Below, in pieces: positions 38,433 to 49,694 of a DNA stretch of 64,000 bases. Below the pieces are notes generated by a model. That model was given only the letters and a program-made list of their open reading frames with translations. It had not been told where the DNA came from and made no database searches. Source of the DNA: Chrysomallon squamiferum (Eukaryota > Animalia > Mollusca); NCBI GenBank assembly GCA_012295275.1, contig CM022665.1:15066001-15130000 (forward strand). The letters run 5' to 3'. Numbering within the stretch: the first letter of the stretch is position 1; the number at the start of each line of letters is the position of its first letter. The translations under genes and the position numbers were made by a program.

Positions 38433-41400
38433 CTTGTTTAATGGGTATCATTAATAGGCAGTACTAAGCAGGTTTTGTTTTATTTTTTTTCAGGAATTTA
38501 ATAAATATTTACTAGATATTGAACTTTTTAATAAATAAACAGATATTATTAATGGATATCATTAATAGGCAGTACCAAGCAGGTTCTTTTTATTTCCTTT
38601 TTCTTTTTCTTTTTTTCCTCTTTTTCCCAGACATTTAATAAATATTTACTGGATTCTGAACTTTTTAATAAACAAATTTGCTCAGCTGATTTTGATATTT
38701 TTGTAGAATTTGGCTGACTGTTTGTTCACTTCTGTTAAATTGTTGTTTGTAATCTATATTAAACTAAGTAACCAGAATGATGCAAACACTAACACAGATA
38801 ACTGCCACAAAACATCCAGAACATAAGATTGTGTCTGAACTATAAATTTATAGCTGGATAGTACTCAATTTAAAAAAAAAAAAAAAAAAAAAGGCTTATA
38901 AAATTTAATTTAATGGTAGATGTTTTAGAATTACTATTATTATTATTATTTTATTGTTGTTATTCTTTCAGTTAGGGTTGTTTAAATGGTTTGAATTTAA
39001 AAAAGAAAGAAAAACAGTTTATTAAAGTTATAAATAAACTTAGAATAAATGGTTCTTTCAGGAGCTGTTATGATTCTGGGAGCCTCGTTCGAGTTTGACA
39101 AATACCACAATTCTGAGGTGGTGGAAAGACCAAGTGACAATGAAGAAATGCCAGTGGTACGTTGAGTTTCAGATTTGACACGCTACTGTTAATGTATGGA
39201 AAATAATAAAATGAACAAATTTGAATTCAGATCAAATATCTTTATATTTAGCATTATTAGAATGTGCAAACAGAATAAAAATGAATTTGTAGATAATTTC
39301 AATTGTATTTCACTTTCACTTAAAAATTTTAATAAATAATTTTTCATGTAATTTTATTCCAGGTAATGAAGGCTTTGCCAAATCTCCATGAAAAGAACAA
39401 AGAGCGCCCTCTATGTTTTCCATACAGTGTGAAAGCACGTGCATTAGTCTTGGCCCACTGCCAGAGACTGGAGTTGCCTCCCAACTCATTAGAAATTGGT
39501 AAGAATGTTTCCCTTTGGTTTTTAGTTTTTTCTGTTTCAAAATTTTGAAAATATACTGCACATAATTTTTAATTTTCAAAATCTGGAATTATTTCCTATT
39601 TTACGTAAATATAGCTGTTGTGTCAGCCATTCTCTTCTGTTGGCTTAAGATGGCTATAACATTAATATGTTATTTGTTTTACTATTTTGTGATTATCCAG
39701 ATAAACAATACATATTGAAGAAATGCCCACATCTCATTAATGAAATGGTGAATATTTGTGCACATCAAGTGGCAATGGCTATGGCTGGAAGAAGTAAGCA
39801 ATCAAAAATTGTTCATTTTAAAGTAAAAAAAAACACAACTGAAATGACAAATTACAGTGTGTCCATTTAAAAATATAAATAAGCTTGAGTAATTTAGTTG
39901 AAATTTGTTAATTTAAATATGTAAACGAACATGGAACAGCACGTACATATGAATAACATTCAGACATTATCTAACACATACAATACTAGCTACCTACCTA
40001 GCTGAAACATACACACACACACACTTTCGCTCTCTCTTTCACTCACTCATACATGTAAATAAATTTAAAAAAAACAACATGATTACAAAGTACTGGTTAC
40101 ACTAGCTGATCATTCTGTGAAGTAAGTTTTCCCAAGTTTCAGAAATTTCATTTTATTTTGGTCCAGTGCCCCAGGCTCCTCGACTGGAGACCATTGAGAA
40201 TCTGATGAAACTGAGTCAGATGATAATGCAGGCTGTGGAAGAGAAGTCAAGTGCACTGCAGCAACTTCCACACATTACACCAGACCTGCTCAGACACTTT
40301 GTCAGCAAAAAGGTAATGTATCCATGTGGTTATATCAACAAAAGAGTACATAGTGATTAATGCATCCATGTGGTCGTAGCTTTTTCAGCAAAAAAGTGCT
40401 TAGTAATTAATGCATCCATGGGGTTTAGCTTTGTTAACAGAAAGGTACTAGGTATTAATATGTCCGTGTGGTTGTGTCTTTCTCAGAAGAAAGGTAATGT
40501 ATCCACATCATATTTTTCTCATTCAAAAGGTAATGTATCTGTCTATCTGGTTGTATCATTGTCAGCACATAAGTGCTTGTTAATTAGTGTATCCATCTGG
40601 TGTTACCTTTGAGAGCAAAAACAGGACTTCACAGGTTTGAGCTAATGATCTTAGTAGATTTTGTATACTTCTACTTTCTAGCATAATAATTAATTGATAA
40701 TAATAAAGTAAGACAAATAAGAAGTCTGAGGAAATGCATAAAGGCATGCATTTTCACTAGTTTAAAATGAACATAATGATCTGAATGTATGTACAGCTTC
40801 AGTTTCCTGTTGTTGTTTTTTTTTTTTTTTTTTAGCAAGTCACTCTATTCAATTAGAATGGATTCAAAACTGATAGTGGAATTTTAATTTTTCCATGTAG
40901 TTAACACACACTCTCATAACAAAATAAATTTAAAACCTAAGATCAGTGAAAGGATAATATTACACACTAATGTAAGTTTAATTTCCCAGCCTGAACGTTT
41001 CTCCTGTTTTATCTGGTGTGATTTCACAGATGTGAATACAGGCTACAATAACAACTGAAACTGTCACAGAGTCAAAATAATTTGATTTCTGTCAGTGAAT
41101 CAGTAACAGTAATACAAGGCAGTTGTCACTAATCTGGCATCGCTGTGATATGCAGGATTAGTGACTTTGTCCAATAAGAGTGGTTAAGTTGAAATACACT
41201 TAAATTAAAAACTTGCCACCTCATCCTGCCTTTAAAACAGCAGTTAATACTGCTATCAAGGTTTAAATTTCTTGGTAACTTTTTTATTTTTAAAAATTCT
41301 TTTTACAAGTTCAAGCTTACCTTTTATGGACAGTTCTGGTGTTTGCTCGTTAAACAATGAGAAGTGACTGATAAATGGATGGTTTCATAATTTTATTATG

Positions 41401-44400
41401 CAGTTATTATACTAAGCAAATTACTGCTTTTAAACTGATTTTTATAAAAACAACTATTAGTGTAGTAGTGCTTCTTAAACTAACATTGGCTCAATAAAAA
41501 ATAAAAGGTAGAATACCATCTTTTTTTTTTATTCTTATTTTTTTTTTTATCTCTTATAGAAGTAGCTGCAGGAGTAGTTCTTTAATCCTTATCATTTTTT
41601 TATATATTTAATTCTTCCACCATGAACTTATTTTGTATTTTGACATATTTCAGTAATGGTATTAAATTGTTAGAACTAGTTAGGTGGTTCAGAATCTTTA
41701 CACAAATTAAATTAAGTTGAACTGCACACATCATTAAAATATTTTTTTAATGAACATACTCAAATTATGCCTGAACGTTTCTCCTGTTTTATCTCTTGTG
41801 ATATCACAGATGTGAATACAGGCTAGAAAAATGTCTGTGAAAAAAAAAAAAAAGCGATGGATGTCAAATTATATTGATCTCTGTCAACTTAACAGCAACA
41901 TTGCATTTTACTAATCTGTCAAGCCCTTGAAAGACGGAGCTGAATTCTTAACATCAAGAATTTGTACCTAACAGTTCAGGTCGTTACTTTTATGGTGATA
42001 ACAGTTATGATGGTTGCTATTTTTCAGAGGAATATTCGTGGCATTCGTGATTTTGTGGCAATGGAAGAAGCTGACAGGAGAGCCATGTTACGTTCTCTAA
42101 CAGACCAGGAATACAATGATATCATGAATGTTTGTTCCTTTATGCCTCATGTTGACATGAACATACGATCTGAAGGTAAAGCTTCATTTTTAATGTTATT
42201 TGTTTGTTTTACAACTTCAGTTGCCTATCATTTTCTTGTTCTACAAATGAACAATACTATCTGAAGGTAGGTAAAAACTTATTTAAAAAGTCTATCTTCC
42301 GAGCCTGAACATTTCTCCTGTTTTATCTGGTGTGATTTCACAGATGTGAATACAGGCTAGAATAACAACTGAAACAGTCACAGAGTCAAAATAATTTGAT
42401 TTCTGTCTGTAGAATCCAGTCTATTTAAAACAAAATTTCAAGGTGTATAGATTTTTATTTTTATTTATTGATTTATTTAAATTATATTTTTTATAAGCTG
42501 CACACATTTTTAATTAAATGGTATTGGTAATATTACTATAACTACCACCACTACTACTGCTACTACTATTACTACAGTTATCACAACGACTACCATTACT
42601 GATACTACTACTACTGCTTCTACTGAATGTAGTGATTTTCATTATTAGCATTATTATTATCAGGAAAATTTAAACATGCTAATTGTTTAATGTTTGTTGT
42701 TAATTACAGTACTGGATGATGAAGATAACACAATCACTGCTGGTTCCATTGTCACGGTTACCGTAAAGCTGACCAGGACAAACCTGTTGGGCTCTGAACC
42801 TAATGATCAGAACATAGAAATAATAGGAATCAAAGAGACTGAAGCTCATAAAGATGAAGAAGATAATGAAGAACACGAAGACGAGGAAAATGATGCCAAA
42901 CAGGTAAAAAAACAATAAATAAAATAATAATTTAACAGTTGGGTGAATAAAGAATGAACAAGAAATTTTTAATGACAGAGATTCTCAGTTTATATATTGT
43001 CAGTGTGTACCATGAAAACATGACGTAACTGTATTCTGAACACATATTTTAACCACTTAACTTGCATAAATCAACTGTAGTGTACCTACAATATATAATA
43101 ACAATGTAATAAATAACTTACTTTACATTATAAATAAAATGAAAATTATCATCATGGCATTCACACAGTGCTTACACTTTGCTGTTCATGCATCCAAAAT
43201 GATGTAACTGTGAAAAGACATTAACTGAAATGTTGTTACCCGTTTACTGCTAATGTATGTGTGAAATGACATACATAGGGGAAATGTATAGCTAATCACT
43301 TTGTAAATGATGTGGAACAATTCACTTCTGCCATTCAGTAGCCTAGTCAGGGGTTTTGTAGCAGCAAGGAATCTTTTACATAAACTCTATTCTAGATAAA
43401 GAAGCTCATTGTCTTTGATGGACCCATCATGGAACTTTGGTTGAAATGGTATCTGGAAAACTGACTTAAAATGTGAAGGATTAATTTCTGAAACAAAATA
43501 CTCTAGTAATAGGAAAGACTATAATAATCAGAGTAGATTGAGTTCGATGAAGAAAGGGTATGTTCATTAATTAAAATGGTAATACATAATAATTTCTATA
43601 CATTTTAATTAATGTTTTAGTACATTAACACTTTTAAAAGATCTATTTTATTTTTATTTTTATTTTTCATACTACCTTTATTTTCTTCACAGCCTGTTGC
43701 CAATGTATCACCTCACAATAAGCCAAAAGCTTGGGAAAAACAAGGCAAGAAGAAGGGGAAAAAGGGAGGTAAGCAGAAAAAGAAGCAGCGCCAGGTTTAC
43801 CAATGGAAGGCTGTACAAGAAGCAAAGGCAGATGCCAAAAATGCAGCAATAAAATCAGTGAGATGTTTTCTATATTTCATCTAAGTTAGTGGTTCCCAAA
43901 ATGGGACAGATAATTTAATATTTGGGGCAGTGAGCATTTCTGAAGTGAGCAAGATAATTCAGGTGCAGTTTCTCAGTGTGCATTGTAAATTAAAATTCTC
44001 TACCTTCCTCAAGAATGGTGGTAAAATAATACTGATATTTCAGAAGTAAATAAGTCAACAGGATGATAACTGCAGAAATAAAAACCTGGGAAATGTGGCT
44101 TTAAACTGTGTGTGTGTTGATATGTGTTACACAACCAGAGTATAATTAAATAACAATAATAATAATAAAAAAATAAAATAAAAATAAAGAAAACTAGAAC
44201 TAAATAAAATAGATAAATAGTTCATTAACTTCCTGGTGTTAAAATGACTAATTAAATATGAAGTCAAAATGAGGTACCTGCTGAAATTATCTCAGTATTT
44301 TCATATTTACATGCATTTGAATACTGATTTTGCCAACATTATTAATCAGAAATGTTATTGAATATTAAAGTAAAAATTTACTTACTAATTAATTTGATGT

Positions 44401-44866
44401 CTAACCTAGAATGTATTAACAAGGTTCTCTTTACTTTCATTTTTCTATCTATCTATATATATATATATATATATATAATAATAAAACATTTTCAGAAAGC
44501 TACTGTAGAAACAAGACATTCAAAATCAGAAGGAGAGCATGAAAATGAAGATGAGGAAGAAAAAGAAGTTAAGGAAGATGCTGACACAGAAAATGAAGAT
44601 AAATCGGACAACTCTGAAACAGAGGAGAAGGATGAAAAAGATTCAAAGAAACCAAAGAGGACACACAAGTCCTCAGAGGGGGATAATGATGAGGAGGACT
44701 GGTCCAAGTTCCAGGAGGAATCAAGGAAAGAGAACTCTCTAGAAACCAAAGTTAAAGAAAGTCATGTTGTTCACTGTCCATATTTTCCTCTGGTTAGTAA
44801 TTTTCAGATGCTGATAATTTTGCAATTTAAATCTTTACTTTATATTTATATATTTATGTATATACA

Positions 44867-44899
<33 letters not shown>

Positions 44900-46421
44900 T
44901 TGATACCATTTGTATTTAATTTTTTTAATTCTTTGACAGTAACTGTTGAGAAACTACAGATATTTAATACTAACCAACATTCACAATAATATTAACTTTT
45001 TCTTTCTTTAAATACTGATAACTACTAACTGTAATTACAGGAGAAACAAGAATGGTGGTGGCTATATGTGGCTGACCGAAAAAGACATCAGCTTATCACT
45101 GCTCCAGTACAAATCTGCAGTTTAAAAAAGGAAGAAGAGGTATCCATAGATTTTCTTTAATTATCTTTTTCCCAAATATTTTTTCAGATTATTTACCATC
45201 TGTTTATATTAATTTAGATTTTATTTATTTATTTATTTTTATACATTTTTTGAAAACCTTTTATGGCACCTAAAGAAATTGCCTCTAGAGAAAATTCTAT
45301 CTTTTGTAAGGAATAATAAGGAATAGCATTATTATATTCTTTGAAACCTTCAGAATTCTTTAAATTATATAAATGTACACAGATTGTTTTGATTTTTTTT
45401 TTTTCAGTCATATGAAAACTCCTGCTCAGCACTTTATCACATTTTATTATATCCATCAAATTTATTTTATACCAGTTATTTTTCTTCTATGAAATATTGT
45501 GTATTTTTACACAGCTCTAAATACTATTTTGAAAGATGTGTTGTACTGAATTTAAATTCTTTTTATGAACACTCAAAAGATTTATAGAAAGGATAATCAT
45601 TCATCGTTTAAAGTAAATGTTTAAATTTTAGGTCCAGCTAAAATTTTCTGCTCCACCAAAACCTGGAAATTACCAGTATTCTGTGATTCTTCGTTCTGAT
45701 TCATACTTCTTAGATTTTGATAGAATTGCCCCTATAAAGGTGAGAAGAATGCCAGTTTATTTTATTATTGTTCTTGTTTACTGTTTATTTATCAAGGTTA
45801 TTACTGACAGTGGATGCTGGGTTTTTTTCTGTTTTTTTCCACGTTATACTGTTGTAAAGATATATGTATTTTTAGTGCAAATATGTGTATTTAATAATTC
45901 TTTATAGCATGTACTTTGAAATAAATACATTTAATACAAGTATTAAAACAGTTTTTCATAATCCCAATTATTTTTCAAAAAAGATAATGACATTTTGAGA
46001 CACTGTATTACTATTGTACTTATTCATATAATTTTAATTTGTTACTAAACTAAAATGATACTTACATATTGTTGTAAATATATATATATATTTTTTTCAT
46101 TTTAATTTCTTATCAGTACTATTCATAATTTTTCACTTACTTTCCAAAGAATAAATTAAATTCAGTTCATTAATTTTCAACAATTCAGTTTAGACTGAAA
46201 CAAGTTTTTCCACTTGTAAAATTTCCACAGTTCAGTTCACAATGCTTATTATTTGCCATTTTAATTTGCATTATTTGTTTCAGCTTGACGTGAAGGAAGC
46301 CAAGCCGCTGAAGGATCACCCACAGTGGGACATTTCTGATGATGAAGAACAGCAGAATGATGATGGTGATGAGACAGAAGAAGACAGTGATTACTCCTCG
46401 GAAGATGATGATTCTTCTTAA
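30000..46421 (+). CDS. SEC63: Translocon J-domain protein SEC63, complete (19 coding exons)
   Basis: Exons 30000-30123, 30980-31085, 31352-31466, 31962-32077 (HPD motif), 32660-32721, 33244-33302, 37889-37939, 38283-38391, 39062-39156, 39363-39498, 39701-39793, 40167-40312, 42028-42175, 42710-42903, 43693-43857, 44496-44792, 45041-45139, 45632-45739, 46284-46421. Motifs NWEEFGNPDGPG, FGIALPKWIV, SHVVHCPYFP, KQEWWWLY and an acidic C-terminus. Confidence 0.96.
33471..35363. mobile_element. Non-autonomous TIR DNA transposon (~1.9 kb) in SEC63 intron 6
   Basis: Absent from duplicate copy A (empty site ...TAGTATATAACAAGATG... near 26181-26198). Imperfect ~15-bp TIRs TAGGTACCGGCAGCC / GCCTGCTGGTAGCTA and a degenerate target duplication TAACAACTG / TAACAAGATG. 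No transposase ORF evident. Confidence 0.8.
36207..36335 (+). ncRNA. Candidate box H/ACA RNA, copy 1 (SEC63 intron 6)
   Basis: Hairpin GCCTG..CAGGC, H box AGAACA, second hairpin GACTGTTAC/GTAGCAGTT with upper stem ACAGAGTCATA/TATGAACTCTTGT, then ACA+3 nt. About 129 nt, on the sense strand. Confidence 0.62.
37127..37252 (+). ncRNA. Candidate box H/ACA RNA, copy 2 (SEC63 intron 6)
   Basis: Close copy of 36207-36335 including short flanks. H box AGAACA and ACA retained. Confidence 0.5.
38441..38675 (+). repeat. Direct tandem duplication (~110-125 bp) in SEC63 intron 8
   Basis: ATGG(G/A)TATCATTAATAGGCAGTAC..AAGCAGGTT...TTTAATAAATATTTACT...GAACTTTTTAATAAA occurs twice. Confidence 0.8.
40300..40620 (+). 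repeat. Degenerate minisatellite derived from the SEC63 exon 12 / intron 12 junction
   Basis: About 7 units of ~35-47 bp on the theme TTTGTCAGCAAAAAGGT(...)AATGTATCCATGTGGTT. Confidence 0.75.
40988..41111 (+). ncRNA. Candidate box H/ACA RNA, copy 3 (SEC63 intron 12)
   Basis: AGCCTG..CAGGCT, H box ACAATA, lower stem ACTGA/TCAGT, upper stem ACAGAGTCAAA/TTTGATTTCTGT, ACA at 41106. Confidence 0.6.
41769..41903 (+). ncRNA. Candidate box H/ACA RNA, copy 4 (SEC63 intron 12)
   Basis: Same 5' hairpin, H box AGAAAA, divergent 3' hairpin (CTGT/ACAG), ACA at 41898. Confidence 0.5.
42302..42425 (+). ncRNA. Candidate box H/ACA RNA, copy 5 (SEC63 intron 13; ACA box missing, possibly decayed)
   Basis: Near-identical to copy 3 over ~105 nt with H box AGAATA, but no ACA after the 3' hairpin. 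Confidence 0.4.
43355..43450 (+). mobile_element. Decayed fragment of an interspersed SINE-like repeat (related fragments at ~1070-1125, ~1700-1755, ~10015-10105)
   Basis: TAGCAGCAAGGAATCTTTTA..., ...ATATGGTCAAGGACCACTCA and ...GCACTCAACAC... resemble an abundant gastropod repeat as I remember it. Not verified by search. Confidence 0.4.
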
Positions 46422-49400
46422 ACTTGTATTTCAATATTTGGTGATGGTTTTACCCCTAAATTAAAGTGGTTATTGGTTTAATATTGAGCTTTAATTTAAT
46501 ATTTATTTATTTCTCATTATTGTTATTGTTATTATTATTATTATTATTACTATTATTATTATTATTATTACTATTATTATTGTTCAGGGGCATTTGTAAA
46601 AACTGCATTTGTTTATTTATATATATGTTGTTTTTTTTACTTTTTATTTTTGTTTATTCTTTTTACAATTTTTTATTTGCAACCATTATAAAAAGGAGGA
46701 AAGCATAGTCATATTAGTACATATTGTACAACACTGTTATACCTCGAAGTAAAATTCATTAAAAAGTTTATCATTAGAAGACAGTTTAAACTTGTTTTAA
46801 AAACCAGCTTTTCAGCGAACAAAGATGGGAATGCTGTTTTGAATGTTATGTTCTAGTTTAGTTTAACTATCAAAATTTAAAAAAAAAAAAAATTGTCGTT
46901 CCATTTTGTTGAAATTATTGTTACTAGTCTAGGAACTAATTTATTCACTTTCCATTATTTTTAATTAGTTTGAATAGCTTCATGAAATGGATTAAATTTG
47001 AAATATGAGGCACCACCAGTTATTTAGAAAGAAAATGCAAAATTAGTTTCTGTATTAAAATTTAAATCTCATTAATGGTGCCCATAGACATTCAAAAAAG
47101 ATATATATATAAATAAATGCACTATTTCTAATTTGCATTGTCTTTGAATAATAAATCGGAAAAACTAATTTAAAAATCATAAAAATGTTTACATTTCTCA
47201 TGCAGTCACTGATGACAGAAAACCAATAGTAATCTATTAATCTTATATAGTTCTGTCATTTATCATTTTAAAAATATGTTTAAGTTAATTTAACATGGGG
47301 CTGTGGGAAGTAAACCAAAAGAGGGTGAGTTCTTCAAATAATCACTTTTTTGCAACTGTTTCTTGTAAAAGTATTAAGTGCCTTTGCATGAAATTTTTTC
47401 TATTTCATTGTAATTAAATTTGTTATGGTTAATGTTTTCGCCCCTGTTAAAAATTGACTACAAATCTATTTTTACCTTGTCATTTGAATGTTAAAAATTT
47501 CTGATGCCTGTTCAGATGTTAGTACATTAATTAATAACAGTTTCTTATAAGTAATATTTTTTACAGTATATAATTTGGCTGCATTCAAAAATAATTAAAT
47601 TCCCCATTATTCTGAATGTTTCGGTAATCTAAAAAAACCAAATCAGCCAAATGTATTCTGCAGGGGGGCTGTTCAAGTATGGTGGTACCTTGTACTTCAG
47701 AGATTCTTACTTCAAATGTTTCAAAGTTCAACACCAATTTTTTTTAAAATTGTATCCAAAGTTAAAATTGCCCTATTGTTTTTCTCATACATCCCTTGGT
47801 ATTATTCTCACATTTATTTTTGATCTTTTTGGTTACAGATATATCCTTACCTATTAACATCCAAGAAGAATCTGGAACTAAATGCAATTTTTATTTTGTT
47901 AAACAGTATTTGTGCATTGTTTTCATGTCTTTTCTTTTCTTTTTTTTTAAGGTAAATTCAAAATAAAAGGCACAATGGATTATTATGGATAATTTCAAGT
48001 TTTCTCTATTCATTTAAATATTGTTTCTATGGGACCAAACTTGGTTGTCATTTCTTCGTGATTCATAAAATAGTTACATTTTCTAAAATATTTGGTTTAT
48101 CTAAATATGAGATGGAAGCCAAAACAGTGGAAACAGATTTATTTGGGTTTTAAAGGTGTTGAATTTTTTGCTTTTTCAAAAAAAAAAAATTTCATATTTC
48201 AAGCAGTTGAATTGTTTTGTTTTAAAAACAATTTAAAAAAAAAAAAAAAAAAAATCAAATCAAAATCAGCTGTTTTCCTCAATTGGTGTTTAATTTGAAT
48301 GCTAACTGAAACTATGTGTACACATGCTGAAAATTGCCATTCAGTTTTAAAACTGCCTAGTAACTGCCTAGTTAATATTTTTTTTTGTTGTTATTCTTTC
48401 TTTAAGGACAAAAAATTGAAACATCACTTCTACAATGTATATTTTAAGACATGAAATAAAGATGTAATTAATTCTTGTTTTTCTGGTTTTGATTTTCTTA
48501 AATATATTTTAAACTGAGAAGTTACATGTATAAATGGTCTAATAAATTTCTTTGATCACTCATAATAAAGCATGACTAATTCAGTACTGTTACAAAAGAC
48601 TGGAATGCTGTCATTTTAACTCTTTACTAATAAGTGTCAGTCACAGCCATATTTTTTATATAGTCAAAGAAATGTTAGACCAAACTGATCCACCATGCAG
48701 GCAATGTCATCACCAATACAGCATCATAGCTGCACCCAGATATTTTTAAACTACTAATTTACTTTATATTGATTAAGATTGGACAGATAAATGAAAGTGT
48801 GCCCAATACTATTTTGGCAGATCTCCATAGGCACCCTTTAAAATTAAAAAGCGGATAGTTAAAGCATGATATACAGCACATGACTATTAGGAATAATGGA
48901 AGACTACAATTTGTTTTTCGCTTGCTATTTTCAATTGGAAATCTGCATAATGCTTAGAAATAACATTTTACATCTTTTTTAAAAACTAGCTAGTTTCTTC
49001 TGGAGGTTACTAGTCTATTTCTTTCCAGCCTTCTGATAACACTAAATAATTTTGATTTACAATGCACAATGAAAGAAAGGTTCACTTGTTTTTTCAGTCT
49101 GGCAACTCAGCAAAGGGCAACCTCAGACTGACTTGGGAATCAGTATAAGAATGAAAGATAGGAGAAATGCCAAATTAATAATGTACATCACTCCTTTGGA
49201 AAAAAGTATCCACATACTATCAACTTTGGGAAATATCCCAGTGAAACCACAAAGGATCCTGGTATCCCTCAAGCCTCGTAACTACAATGAGGCAAGGTCA
49301 TTAATATATTTGTTTCCCTTTACCTTCAATACCAAATGCAAATGTTTTTTCCAAGTAAAAAAAAGTTTTGTTCCTTTCTTGATGTATAAAACAGTTTAAA

Positions 49401-49694
49401 CAACTGTAATCAACTTACAAATGCTAGTTTTCTACACATTTCTATCATTTAAAATAACAACAAAAAACGTATTTATCTCCAATGACGACGATGTATATTT
49501 ACACAATGAACCCAAAACAATAAAATCACAATGATTTTTTTCTGGGGAACAAACAAAAAAAAAAAAAAAAAAAAAAGTAAAAAGTAACATGTTAACTTTT
49601 TTCTCTTTTTTTTTTTTCAAACAGTCAGCAAGTCACATCACTACATTGCACCTGATTAAGGCTCAGTGTTCACAGTCAAAAGATGTTGAACACA

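Noticed and set aside
36207-42425. 28S rRNA (AAUAGGGAACG) as target of the conserved H/ACA 5' pocket
   Set aside because: Pairing needs a bulge and several G-U pairs, and the pocket geometry does not fit. Not supportable without computation.
45140-45631. SEC63 intron 17 donor GTATCCAT resembling a U12 site
   Set aside because: Does not match GTATCCTT and there is no TCCTTAAC-like branch point near the acceptor.
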